A stretch of 64,000 nt of DNA from Eledone cirrhosa (GCA_964016885.1 CAXHJY010000600.1:12224-76223); one strand, 5' to 3'; positions 1-12,861 are shown, counted from the first letter of the stretch. The notes: a model not told the origin generated them from the sequence alone. Numbers and translations: made by a program.

Positions 1-1290
1 CGCCTCTCCCACCAGACTACCAACGACAAGCGCCAACCTCTTTGCTAGCACCTTGGCCAAAATCTTGAACTCTGTGTTTAGCAGAGTTATGGGCCGGAAA
101 TTATCTATGTTATCCCCCTTGTTCGGATCCTTTCTCAGCAGTGCCACCGCTCCTCGGCTCACAGAACTGGGAATTCTCCCGTTCTGTTGCCAGTTGCAGT
201 AGACGTCCGCCAAGAGGCCTCAGAACAAGTCTGGCATCTGTACGTAAAGTTCATAGGGCAGACCATCCAAACCAGGCGATTTCCCCCTTGTGCAGCCAGT
301 CATTGCCTCCCTTACTTCAGCGGCTGTTATCGGCTTTTCGCAACACTTCGCCTCAGTGGCCGAGAGCCGCGGCAGTCCGTCGAGGTAGACACTAAAGTCC
401 ATCCCTCGACCCGGACCACCGCTGCCCCCGAACAGCTGATCGAAGTGTCGCTGAAAAGCTTCACACATTTGCCCGGGATCGAGTAGCATGCGCCCGTCGT
501 GGTCCACCAAAGACCGGATCGTGGCTTTGTTGCCACGACGCGCCTCCGCCACTCGGGCCCATTGAACGGCTTTCGTCCCCTCGTGTCTGAGAGCACGCAC
601 CCTTGCTCTGACAACGCAGCCTTCGTGCTTTGCATTGAAGAATTGGTCAAGGGCCAATTTCGCCGCAAGCACGTCGGTCGCAATGCCTTTGCTAAGTGCC
701 TCGTTTAATTTTCTAACTAGTTCTCCCTCTGCTCTATTTTTCTCTATTGCTAAAGTCTTACTAAACCTAATGGATTCTATTCTAATCGCTCTTTTCAGAG
801 CAAACCACCACTTGTTGTTGACGATGGCCCCCGTCAACGCCCGCTTAACTAATTCGCTAATCCGGTCTCTGTAGGCCTTGCGCGCTGGTAAGGACGCGTT
901 TAGCTTCCAGTAGCCGGGTCCTCGTCTATGAAGCCTATCTAAGTCACGCACACAGATCACGAATTTGTGGTCCGTGTAGCTGACTATCTTGAATTGTGGA
1001 CAGCCTATGCTAGACCTATCTATTTCCCTACAAAATACTCTATCTAGATATGATCTGGATGACCATATGCGATTTGTCCAAGTCCACATTGGCACATTCG
1101 GGAAATCCAATCGGTACCTGTCAGACAGTTCAAAACGCCTGAGCAGGTTGGTGAGGCTCTTGCACCCTCCACCCCTATCCGCTAATCCCACACAGTCCCA
1201 GCGTGCATCTAAGATCCCGTTCCAGTCGCCCACTAACATTAAAGAGCGGGACGTTCCAAGAAAGTTCTACAGACGCCGGAAGAAATCAGG
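1..1290 (-). pseudogene. LINE ORF2 remnant: C-terminal half of AP endonuclease plus start of reverse transcriptase
   Basis: APE motifs LVGDWN, SYLDRVF, YTDH and GYWKLN. RT motifs KSPGLDGLPYELY and, past the stop at 220-222, NFRPITLLNTEFKILAKVLAKRL. In-frame stops are present and the APE N-terminus is absent. Confidence 0.92.
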
Positions 1291-1309
1291 AAAAGATGGG
1301 AAAGACCAC

Positions 1310-3467
1310 TTACCGTACTTTTCGTAGAGGAGGGATGGTTTTTACATCCCTTTTCACTTGATCGTCTGGTGAAGGGACCGTTGAATCGTCCCTTCGGCTG
1401 GTCATCGGCTCTTCTATGAGTATGTCCGAATATACTCTTCGGTTGATAGTTCCTCCTAGGTCTTTGAAATCACCAACTGCGTTGGGGAATTTCGTTTTAA
1501 TGTTTGTGTATTGTTTCTGTGCTATTTTTAGCAGTCTTATGTTAGTTGGCGTTTTGATTGGTGCTGGTATTATGTAGTCGTGTTGTGAAATGTCTGTGTG
1601 TTCAATTTTGTAAGTCATTAGTTTCTTGTTGTGTGTATTTATTGCCGTGCATTTGTTTTTCTGGGGGTGGGGTGTGGTTCTGCTATTTTCTTGTCGTTTT
1701 TGCTGGGTGTGTGTGTTTTGTTGTTGTGTTTGCGATGTTGGTGCTTGTGGTGGGGTGGTGGTGTTGAAGGTGTTGTTGTTGTTGGCGGTGGGGTTGTCGC
1801 CGGTGGTGATGGTGGTGCTAGTGTGGGTGGTGATGGTGTTGGTGGTGTTGCTGCTGTGAGTCTCTTTGCAGTAGACTTTACCCTTTTTTCATTTCTTTCC
1901 TCCCTTTTCAAAGGCGACGATGCGCTGCTTCTGCGTTTGTGCCTTCTTACGACCTTTTGCCATCCCTCTCCCACCTCACACTCCATGTCTGATTCTGTGA
2001 GGTCGGGGAGGGGTACCAGCTCCACTCTTTCACTTGTTGTTGTTGGTGATGTCTGCACTGGAGTCTCTGTTGCAGCTGCATTTGGTATTGCTGTTGTTGT
2101 TGTTGTTAATACTTCCACTGCTGCTGCTGTTTTTGATTTCCGTGGCGTGGGTATGGGTGCCACGGACCTATCGTTCCTGGTTACCGCTTGTCCTGTTGCT
2201 GGTAACCGTGGAGCCGGTTTCGGAAGGAGGGGGGTTTTCTCCTTTCTCAGGGTCTTCTCGTTGCAGAAGGCCCTGAGGTGAGTCTTCGATCCACAGCGAA
2301 AGCATTTCGGGCGTTTGCCCTCAACACTTATGGGCAGTTGAGTGCCGTTATCGAAGTCTATCACATCCGGGATAGCTTCGATGCACTCCTGGTTGGTTTG
2401 GATTAACATCTCAATGGAGGTGCCGACTCAATCTTCTCTTACTTTTTTCTGTACTTGCAGTACAGTTGTTTTGTCCTCGATTCCGACGAGGACAGACGCG
2501 GCCAGCCAAGAAGGGGCCATACCGGGGGGGTGACGTGGGTCAGTTTGACCCTCACAATTTTTTGCCCGCAGTAGGAGGGCACCAACACCATTTCCTCGCT
2601 CCTTAGGGTCACTACGGATTGAGCCTTTGCCTCCTGGGGTGTGGCAAAAAGTACGTCTACGGTGGCATATTTCTTGCCTCGGGTGATGTGTGTTTTCCGC
2701 TGCCACACAGGCCCCAAGGCTTTTTGTATTTGAGCCTCTGTGGCTCCTTCCACCCTACGGGACTTTGTACTTACTGTACGGTACGTGACCGTACAGTGCT
2801 GTTGGGTTTCGAAAAAATTTTCCGCTGCCTTGCAAATTGCTCGGTGTCCAGTTTTTGTCACCATCTTCTTCGCTTCCTCTAATTCCTCATTTGTTATGAG
2901 GATTGTTTCCAGGTTCTTCGCGATACCTGCAAACGAGATTGGTTTTTCTTTGCTGCTGTTGTTGTTGTTGTTGTTGTCGTCGGAGCTGCTGTTACTTTTG
3001 TTGTTGCTGCAGGTACTACGACTACTGCCGCCGCCGCTGTTGCTGTGGTTGTTGTTGTGGTTGCTGCTGCTAATGCTGTTGTTGTTTATGCTGCTGCTGC
3101 TGATGCTGTTGCGGCTGCTACTGTTGTTTTCATTGTCACTGTTGCTGTTGTTATTACGGCTGCTACTGCTATTATTCCTGACGTCAGACGAATGAAATGG
3201 GTTTTTGTATTTCCCGCACACCTGTTTCGTCGTTGTCGTCGTGGAGAAATCTTGCACGCTTTGCACGAGACTTTTCTTTTCTGTCGTCGCTTGCGAAAGA
3301 GAAGGGAGGGAGAAAGACACATTTAAAGAAGGGAGGGAGAGACACAATCTTCTCTCTGCTGTAGTGACGATTGAGGAAGAAGAAGACGGAATGAGTGGGA
3401 GTGACCTATGAAAATTCTTTTTCGTAGCCATGTTGTTTTTTTTTTGTTTAAAATAAATATTGGGCAC
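1310..3467 (-). pseudogene. LINE ORF1 (gag-like, CCHC zinc knuckle), broken by a frameshift and stops
   Basis: ORFs 2439-3467, 2428-2706 and 1639-2409 join across the G-run near 2525 and a TGA at 2428-2430. Contains VEGKRPKCFRCGSKTHLRAFC and GWQKV, plus in-frame Asn/Ser and Pro/Thr microsatellite tracts. Confidence 0.8.
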
Positions 3468-3697
3468 AAAACCCCAATAAGCAGTTATTTAACCCCTAAG
3501 GGCCAAATAACGGGCAAAAAGACCCCTCTCACGAGGAGGAAGGTGTTTTTGTCTACAAGTTGGTTAAAGTTTTAAACAATTTACAATTGTTATAGCGTTC
3601 AAAATTTACAATACCTTACAGAGCCGAGCCACCGTCAACCATAGCATTCAATAATAATAATAATAATAATAATGATATCATTTATTAGCCACCAGGA

Positions 3698-4105
3698 CAA
3701 TGAACACAATAGACCTGACCTGGTGGTTTTGGACAAGGAAAAAAGATCGTGCCTGATTGTGGATGTGGCCTGCCCATTCGACACGAGAGTGCAAGAGAAG
3801 GAGAGGGAGAAAATTAACCGATACCAGGACTTAAAGTGGGAGATAAAAAGGATTTGGAACTGCCATGAAGTCAAAGTGGTCCCGATTGTCATAGGCGCAC
3901 TGGGGACTATCTCAAAAAGTTTCCAGGGATGGTTAAAGAAGATTGGCCCCACCACGCTTTTTGGAACGCTTCAAAAGGCATGCTTGCTGGGAACAGCAAG
4001 AACCCTCCGATACGTCCTGAATATCTGAGGCTGCAGGTAGTGGCTTGATATTCATTTCAACAAACTTTCCAGTTAACTAACATCAATGACTAAGACTCAA
4101 AGAAC
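3698..4105 (+). mobile_element. 5'-truncated R4/Dong-like non-LTR element (restriction-like endonuclease C-terminus, ORF ends at 4028)
   Basis: HNRPDLVVLD..IVDVACP..EKINRYQDL..VPIVIGALG..LQKACLLGTAR is a PD-(D/E)xK RLE motif. (AAT)n lies on both sides. Confidence 0.88.
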
Positions 4106-4130
4106 AATAATAGCAATAATAATAATAATA

Positions 4131-4315
4131 ATTGTTTCTACTTTAGGCACAAGGCCGGCAATTATCCAGTGCATTACTGGTACTTTATTTTATCGACCCA
4201 GTAAGGATGAAAGGCAAAGTTAACCTCGGCGGGATTTGAACTCAGACCAAAAATGGCCGTAACTCTATGCGTCAAAGCATGGCGTCCGACCCTCCACCGA
4301 TACTGCCAATCCACC
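4131..4315 (-). mobile_element. tRNA-derived SINE, family 1
   Basis: Reverse strand has A-box TGGCAGTATCGG, B-box GAGTTCAAATCC, then GCCTTTCATCC..GGGTCGATAAA. More copies lie near 8275, 9865, 14085, 34210, 34435, 35355, 35820, 36575, 38400, 40830 and 49855. Confidence 0.85.
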
Positions 4316-4428
4316 AAGAAGAAGAAGAAGAAGAAGAAGAAGTTGACGGACCCAGCATATTTAACAATGCCAGGACCGGTTGTATTTCAGCATACATATC
4401 ATAATCTATAATATATATATATATGTAT

Positions 4429-4505
<77 letters not shown>

Positions 4506-4510
<5 letters not shown>

Positions 4511-5128
4511 CCGCATGTATCTGTGTGTTTCTAAATGTATTAATAACTCCCTCTGGTCGAGCAATCTTTGAAGTGTGGGGACAACTGGAAAGCTTCCATT
4601 ACTCATACTTCTCGCCTTCTTCACTACCTCTTCTGCGGCCTCGATATGAATACCCCCTCCGCCTCCGTGGTATTTTTTTCGTGGTTATAAGAGGCTTAGC
4701 TCTGTTTCTCGACCGTTATATCGCGTGACTATCTCCCCCTCCGCCTTTTGGGATTCTTTCTCACGTCGTGTAGACGCGTTCGTGAGACTAGTAAAATGAG
4801 GTATCCTCTTGATAAGTCGGCAGACCTCGCAAGGACTCTATATCTTTGATATATTGTTTTTGTTTATGCCACGAAACTACGTAGTCGAGGAATTTAGGAA
4901 CAGTTTAGGTATGATACATTTTATTACTAATTATATCTAAATGTTTCTTCTCTCTTCATAATGTATTTTTAACTCTGATACTGGTTCAGTCTGGTTCAAA
5001 CTGAATTGGTCTGTCCCAGTCATTCATTGAGCAACATCGGTGAAGTTGGCACCCTTAACTCACAGTTGGGTGCGGATGCATTCATGTATATATGTGTGTG
5101 TCCGCATGTATCTGTGTGTTTCTAAATG

Positions 5129-5132
<4 letters not shown>
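4506..5132 (+). mobile_element. Penelope-like non-coding element with ~36-bp terminal direct repeat and internal hammerhead
   Basis: TGTGTCCGCATGTATCTGTGTGTTTCTAAATGTATTA occurs at both ends, with (TA)n flanks and a hammerhead at 4804-4891. Confidence 0.6.
4804..4891 (+). ncRNA. Type I hammerhead ribozyme variant (U3-A8 core, branched helix II)
   Basis: Helix I TCCTC/GAGGA, core TTGATAA...GAAA, helix II GT.GGCA/TGCC.AC, helix III palindrome CTACGTAG, GTC cleavage triplet at 4884-4886. Confidence 0.7.
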
Positions 5133-5171
<39 letters not shown>

Positions 5172-5173
<2 letters not shown>

Positions 5174-5579
5174 GGAGAGATGACCCCTTAGCCTTTGTCA
5201 AGGCAGAATTCTAGGAGAAGGAAAACTCTGATATAACACCTGCAACCCTGATGGTGTCCAATGATGTTGACTTGTTCTTATTTTTGGTAAATATCATCTT
5301 CGTTAAGAGAGTGGGACTGGCTTTGTGCAGTGCCTTTGCTCACTATAAAAGCTTCACGGCACAGGCATTGCTTTATATCTGGAGATCTCTCTGCCCTTGT
5401 CATCACATGGTACCATGGGCCCAGCACTATGTGTCAATAATTGTCACAAGTGTAGTGTTTGTACCAGAGTTTTCAAGTCGCTGGCTGGACTAAAAAGTCA
5501 CACTCGTTCAGCCCATTGGTAGGGGTTCTCCTACATGGATATAAAGTAGTGGCCGTACTCGAAAACGAGTTGGCAGCCA

Positions 5580-5583
<4 letters not shown>
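5172..5583 (-). mobile_element. Unclassified interspersed repeat (second copy at 50653-50985, plus strand)
   Basis: About 330 bp nearly identical between the two copies. Both begin at ATGGTGGCTGCCAACTCG next to a microsatellite. Confidence 0.75.
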
Positions 5584-5628
<45 letters not shown>

Positions 5629-5754
5629 CATATATATATTTTGTATATATAGTTGTAGTTCCTGTCTGTTTCTTTATTTAGTTGTTTGTTTGTTCACGAA
5701 CTCCTCCTATATATTCTGAAGATAGACCTCCATAACCATGTATATTCTGAAGCT

Positions 5755-6246
5755 ATATTGCCCAGGGTACTTGGATAAGTATATTTCATTTTAATAAAAG
5801 GGTTCCCCGGGAGCACAAACCCCCGCTGAAATTTGTTTCCCTTCGATTTATATGAAATTTAAACCATGGGTAAATGACAAGATATGATGCCTATTCACAA
5901 AATTCCACAAAATTTCAATATATTAAGACACCCTAATGGGAAGCCCATAACTTGAGTATTGGAACTTTGAATTTCTAATTTGAAAATAGTGATTTACACG
6001 AAAATAAAATTTGAAAACAATTATTTACAAGAAACAAAATAAGAATAAGATTTAATAATGTAATTTTGATTTGATATATTACAAAAAAATTATGTTTTCC
6101 AATTTTTCATGCATTACATTTTACATTGAGTAATATTGAAATGCAGAGCTTTTCTCCATAAATTATATCACTGATTTAAAATCAATCACCATTTTCTTAC
6201 AAAAAAAAATATGTGAAACACAGCAAGGCACGGGTAATTCGGCTAG
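5755..6246 (+). mobile_element. Helitron-like non-autonomous element, 3' end
   Basis: Ends ..GCACGGGTAATTCGG-CTAG followed by T, resembling the subterminal GC hairpin plus CTAG of Helitrons. The left boundary is uncertain. Confidence 0.4.
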
Positions 6247-6277
<31 letters not shown>

Positions 6278-6385
6278 CTCACAAAGAAAATGTGGTAAGA
6301 AACCAGGTGGACCATAACGCGCCAGAGTACTCAATTCAGATCTAGCTGTCGAAACGGCCGGAGCTCAGCCGTCGGGGTTCTGACT

Positions 6386-6442
<57 letters not shown>

Positions 6443-6498
6443 TACCAAAATTAGATTAAAGATACCATGTCAGAGAATATCAGAAGCATGCGCTATAT

Positions 6499-6596
<98 letters not shown>

Positions 6597-7144
6597 ATGT
6601 GTGTGTGTGTGTGTATTTATATATGCGTGTATAACATGATGTTTTAGTTTCCTTCCTTTTCTTCTTTTTTCTTCCTTTTTCTCGTTTGCTTCATGAGAAT
6701 TTCGTGCTATAATTGTACAACACTTCCTTTTACTTCCTTCTTTCCTTTACTTTTTTGTTTCATGAGACTCTCGTGCTAAATAAAGTACAATGCATTTTCC
6801 TTGACGTCACATAAATTCTATGTGTACATGTTATGATTTAGTTTCCATGAATTATTGTTTTGTCTTGTCTCTTACTCCATGGACAGCGTTTTGTCTTATG
6901 TCAGACGCTATGACCCCAGTTGGACCAGCAGTACCGGTGGTAGGGGTTGAAAATGCCAAAGTCCATCTCAACTGCTGATAACCTAGAGTTCTGAGTCTTT
7001 CGTTTTTATTTTTATTTTCTGAAAATAATTGTTCAAGGTTTCCTCTTAAAAAAATTGGTTTTCGTTTTGCCTTGTTTTCGTTCGTTGTCTTGTCCTCTCT
7101 TTGTTGATGTCCCTACGTTTATCATATCTAGAAGAAGGACTTGA

Positions 7145-7455
7145 TACTACATTAGCTTTCGGTTCAAAGCCCCCCCCCCCTCCCCGCTCTTTATTAAGCT
7201 GCCGAAAAAAAACCCGAGAGATCTACATGGTGTGAATGTAGACGTTTTCAAGAAACACCTTGACATTCTCTGCCAACCAAGACCCCAGATTAACCCACAG
7301 CGCGAGACAAAGTACAAAGAAGGGCAGCAGTGACTAACTCCCTGTTACATTAGTGGCCAACCAAAAATGGCTTACTAGTGAAAGTTTAGCGACAGCAGCG
7401 GTGCCCCAGCATGGGCACAGCTAGTCGGTTGGAACAGGTTAAAGTAAAAGTAAAC
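7145..7455 (+). mobile_element. CR1/L2-like LINE 3' end
   Basis: Decayed LFIKLPK..RDLHGVNVDVFKKHLDIL..RAAVTNSLLH followed by a (GTAAAA)n-type tail. Confidence 0.6.
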
Positions 7456-7456
7456 T

Positions 7457-7572
<116 letters not shown>

Positions 7573-7703
7573 CAAGCGTATCTGTATACACATAAATAAA
7601 TAAAGATATATGCATGAATATATCCATCTATATATATGATATATATATATGTACACAAACATATATATATATATATATATGTTTGTGCATATACATATAT
7701 ATA

Positions 7704-7734
<31 letters not shown>

Positions 7735-7803
7735 GTGCACGTGTGTATTTATATTTGTGTATATATATACATATATATGTGTGCATATATATATATATGT
7801 ATG

Positions 7804-7854
<51 letters not shown>

Positions 7855-8098
7855 TCTTTATTCTCATAACTATCTCATCATCATCATCATCATTAACTTC
7901 ATCATAAACATTAATCATCATGAACATCATGATCAGTATCATTACCATTATCAATCAACACCATCTTTCTAGCCAACAGACAAGAAATTATCAATGTGGT
8001 CTCTGGACATGTTAGAAATCACAGTCAAATCTTCTTTATATCACACTTAATAAACAACACATTATTGTATAATATGATCCAGAGGCTTTCTCCTGCAC

Positions 8099-8680
8099 CA
8101 GAGCTGGACTTACCTATAAGCTAAATAAGCTATAGCTTAGGATCACACACTGTCGTGGGCCTGGTTTTTTTTTAATATAATTTTATTTTTCTATGTGGCA
8201 AATGGAATATATAAATTAATTAGTTAAAAGGAATATTTTGTAACTAATTTAATTTTGTAATCATTAATAAATATTTGTTTTTATTTGGGGCACAAGGCCT
8301 GAAATTACCCCAGTGCATTACAGGTACTTTATTCGTCAGGATGAAAGGCAAACTTAACTTCGGCGGGATTTGAACTCAGAACTTTGAACCCATAACTCTA
8401 TGCAGTAATTCATGGTGTCTGACGCTCTACCGATACTGCCAATCCACCGCCCTTGATACTAATAATCACGTACAGTGCCGGATTTAGGACAAATGATGCC
8501 CCTTACTTGGGCCCTGAAGGGGATAAAAAAATTGGCGGCAATGGGGCCTTGTGCTTAAGCACACCTAAGCACAACGGTAAATCCGGCACTGAACATGTAT
8601 AATTATTTAAAATCTGTTAACCTGAATCTTTTTAGAGTAGGGTATAGCCTAGGACCTCATCCAGTGAAAGTTTCGCTCTG
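8099..8680. mobile_element. hAT-type MITE containing a nested SINE and a second MITE
   Basis: Imperfect TIRs CAGAGCTGGACTT / AAGTTTCGCTCTG with 8-bp flanks TCCTGCAC / TTCTGTAC. Confidence 0.5.
8473..8591. mobile_element. hAT-type MITE
   Basis: Perfect 14-bp TIR CAGTGCCGGATTTA / TAAATCCGGCACTG. 8-bp flanks ATCACGTA / AACATGTA match at 6 of 8. Confidence 0.8.
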
Positions 8681-9372
8681 TTCTGTACATAGGAAAATAA
8701 TGGAATTTGCTAAAGCTCTATGTTTTTTTAGTTAGAGGTCTGCTTGGTTAGGGTTAAATAACAACAGTAACAACAATAATAAAGGTTTCTAATTTAAGTA
8801 CAAGGCCAGTAATTTTGAAGGAGGGAAAATCGGTGGGAATTCGATGGAAAATCGATTAATTCGACCCTAGTACATGTATGTTGTTTTATTAATCCCCACC
8901 CAGAACAATGATAGACAAAGTTGACCCTGATGGGATTTGAAGAAAAACGATAATAACAAGATACATAACACACACACCTGAAATGGAGCCATTATGCTCA
9001 ACTTCCTAGAAATAGCAGCTCTTAAAATCACTGTCTGTAAAAAGCAAAATGCTGTGATTGGCATGGCTAGCTGGCTGGTTGGCTAACTGTCTGGCTGGTC
9101 TTTAATTATAGGTCAGTTCTATTGGGGACTATTTCTGGTTAAATAACAGCAACTCACAACAACAACAACAATAAAACATAAAAGAAAGACTACACCATGA
9201 CCATCAACACAACAGTGTAAACAAATAAAATGAATGAAGAAACAAGAAGAAAAAATTATTGATTTATAAATATTGGCACAAGGCCATAGATTTTGTGTTG
9301 GTGGGGTAGGGTACAGCATGTATATAATGGTGACAAGGGGGAGAGGGGGGATAAGGGGGGGCGGGGCATAAC

Positions 9373-9409
<37 letters not shown>

Positions 9410-10054
9410 TTTCATTTATTAGCCACAAGGGCCGACAATACAAAGACAGGGACAGTGGGGGTTTACAATAAGGTCGAGTAAAAGTGCACAATAATAATAA
9501 TAAGAAGAAGAAGAAGAGGAGGAAGAAAGAAAGAAAGAAAAAAGAAAAATAGAATGAAACAAACAAACAAAAACAAAGGAAGGAAGGAATAAAGGAAAGA
9601 AGCCAGCAATAGAGGAAGAAAGAAAGAGAAAAAGAAAGGGAGAAAGAAAGAAAGAAAGAGAGAAAGAAAGAAAGGAAGGAAGGCAAGAATAGAATGAAAT
9701 GAAAATTGTAGGTAGGAATGAAAGAATGAAAGCAGAAGGACATTAAATAGATGAATAAACAACCAACGGAAGAAATAAAGAAAGAAAGAGAGTAAGAAAG
9801 AATAAAAAAACAGTAAATTAAAATGATGTAAGCAAATAATAAATAATAAAGTAAATATATAATTGTGTTCTACTTTAGGCACAAGGCCAGCAATTAACCA
9901 GTGCATTACTGGTACTTTATTTTATCGACCCCGTAAGGATGAAAGGCAAAGTCAACCTCGGCGGGATATAATGTTGTTATTTTAGGAGTGAAGTATAGCT
10001 GGTGGTGTATGTGGAGGGGAGGAGACATAGAGGATCTACCTATTTAAATGCAAC

Positions 10055-10125
<71 letters not shown>

Positions 10126-10165
10126 TATGTGTGTATATATATATATATGTGTGTATATATATATA

Positions 10166-10238
<73 letters not shown>

Positions 10239-10341
10239 CATATATATATATACACACACTCAAGTTCATACAAACAATCATGTTCATAAATATATGTGTG
10301 TGTGTATAAACCTCTCACTCCCGCCCTCTCCTCTCTCTCTT

Positions 10342-10386
<45 letters not shown>

Positions 10387-10477
10387 CTCTCTCTCTTTCT
10401 GTACCCCACTCTCAAGAGCGTGAAACTAATAAACCTTTGTTCGTACTGCCTCTCTGTTTTGTTCCCGTTCAATTTTT

Positions 10478-10518
<41 letters not shown>

Positions 10519-10568
10519 TACACACACATATATATATATATATGTATATGCGTGTCTGTCTGTCTGTA

Positions 10569-10607
<39 letters not shown>

Positions 10608-11572
10608 ATGTCTGTATGTATGTATGTATGTATGTATGTATGTATGTATGTTGATCTTTTCTTCTTTTCGGGTTATAGCTACTGTCGCTCAGAGAGTGGG
10701 ATTGGCTCAGTGCACAGTCTTTCCTCACTTTAAAAAAATATCTTCACGTACAGGCATTGCACTATAGAATTAATTAATAATTATTAATAATGGTATATCG
10801 TGCAATGGCCATACTCGATAATGAGGGGGGCGGTCATCATCATGTATGCATGCATGTATGTATGTAAATATATAGCTTCATCTCACCTCAACACGAACTC
10901 GAAACGGTCAACATTACTTTGGTTTCACTTCGCAGACGTATCTCCGGCTTCACTTTCACCAATGCTTCTGATGTTGCTGCCTTTCCTGTTTCTGCTGCTG
11001 TTGCCGCTGCTGTTATTGTTGCTGCTGCTTCTAAGTGGCCTTGAGGATACCATGGGTGTCACACAGTACCTTTAATTTTTTTTTTTTACCCCATCATCCA
11101 TCCACAAATATCTTCATGTCGTGACAACAACAGAGCTTCTACGTAGTCTTTCGACATGCTAGAAATAGATGCCAAATCACTCTCAAATCACACTATCTCT
11201 ATCATCTTAGAAAAGGACAAATTGGATGATTTGGTACTGGGTTTTTTTTCCCTGTACATAGGAAATATACGGGATAGCCATAACTTTTATACCTGTCATT
11301 ATAATTCTGCTCCATCATGGCTGACATAGGGTTAAACAACAACAGCAACAGCAACAGTCGCAACCATCATCATTTCAATAATACTATCACCACCACCACG
11401 CCACCACTACTTCAACCATCCCAAACACCATTACTGAAATAAATAGAAATTCTAGAAGGTCGTTCACCCTGATAAATAGTAACCACAACATACCACCACC
11501 ACCTACACACAAATAGCCCCCTAATTTCTTAAAACTACAACAAAAACAAAAAATACATATTAGATAATATAG

Positions 11573-11630
<58 letters not shown>

Positions 11631-11673
11631 AGAGAGAGAGATGGATATATATATATATATATATACATATATA

Positions 11674-11861
<188 letters not shown>

Positions 11862-11939
11862 CGAGAGAGAGAGAGATAAAATATATATGTATATATATAA
11901 ATATATATGTATATCTATATATATATATATACATATATA

Positions 11940-11975
<36 letters not shown>

Positions 11976-12004
11976 CATATATATATGTACATTTATACAC
12001 ACAC

Positions 12005-12070
<66 letters not shown>

Positions 12071-12458
12071 GCGCGCGCACACAAGCACACACATATATAT
12101 ATATTAGAATATTATATTAAACGAAATGGTCACAACAATACTAACAGCAACAAATAAAGCAACGAAAACCTAGTCAAACAAAACACTAACACCGCCACTA
12201 GTACGACATCATCATCACTAGCAGACGACATTAAAATATGTAAACACAGACAAGTTGGTTATTTTGTTTCATCTATGATATAGCCGATGGTGAATGTGGG
12301 ATATAAGATTTTTTATTTTCATTTTTATTTCATTAATTTATTTCTATCTTTATCAAAATCAAAAAAAAAAAAAATTTGCAAATGTGTTTTGAGGGGGGAA
12401 AAAAAACCCCACACGCACATGCACACACACGCACGCACGCACATACACACACACACAC

Positions 12459-12500
<42 letters not shown>

Positions 12501-12758
12501 TATATAAATATATATATATATATATGCGTACATACATACGTTCATACATACAAATATATATATATACATACATACATATATATGTGTGTGTGTATATATA
12601 TATATATATGTGTGTATATACATATATATATATATATATAGATAAATCTACTACTAAATCTTGCTAACACATATATATCCTAGAAACGATCGTTAAATAA
12701 TGAACTTTTTTTGTTTAATATAAGGAACTGCTTCATTGTTTTATTCATTATTTTTTTA

Positions 12759-12839
<81 letters not shown>

Positions 12840-12861
12840 TCGGGTGGGGTGAGGGTGGGGT

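Larger units (their letters stand above)
1..3650 (-). mobile_element. Decayed Tx1/L1-clade non-LTR retrotransposon (5' UTR, ORF1, part of ORF2), running off the left edge
   Basis: ORF1 with a CCHC knuckle is followed by AP-endonuclease and RT motifs on the minus strand. The 5' end abuts (ATT)n at about 3650. Confidence 0.9.

Noticed and set aside
141-1327. Plus-strand ORFs overlapping the LINE
   Set aside because: Antisense shadows of ORF2 with no recognisable motifs.
5172-5250. HDV-like ribozyme in GAGTTTTCCTTCTCCTAG..GCCTTGACAAAGGCTAA (minus)
   Set aside because: A P4-like hairpin and CUAA are present, but no valid P3/L3/P1.1 could be assigned.
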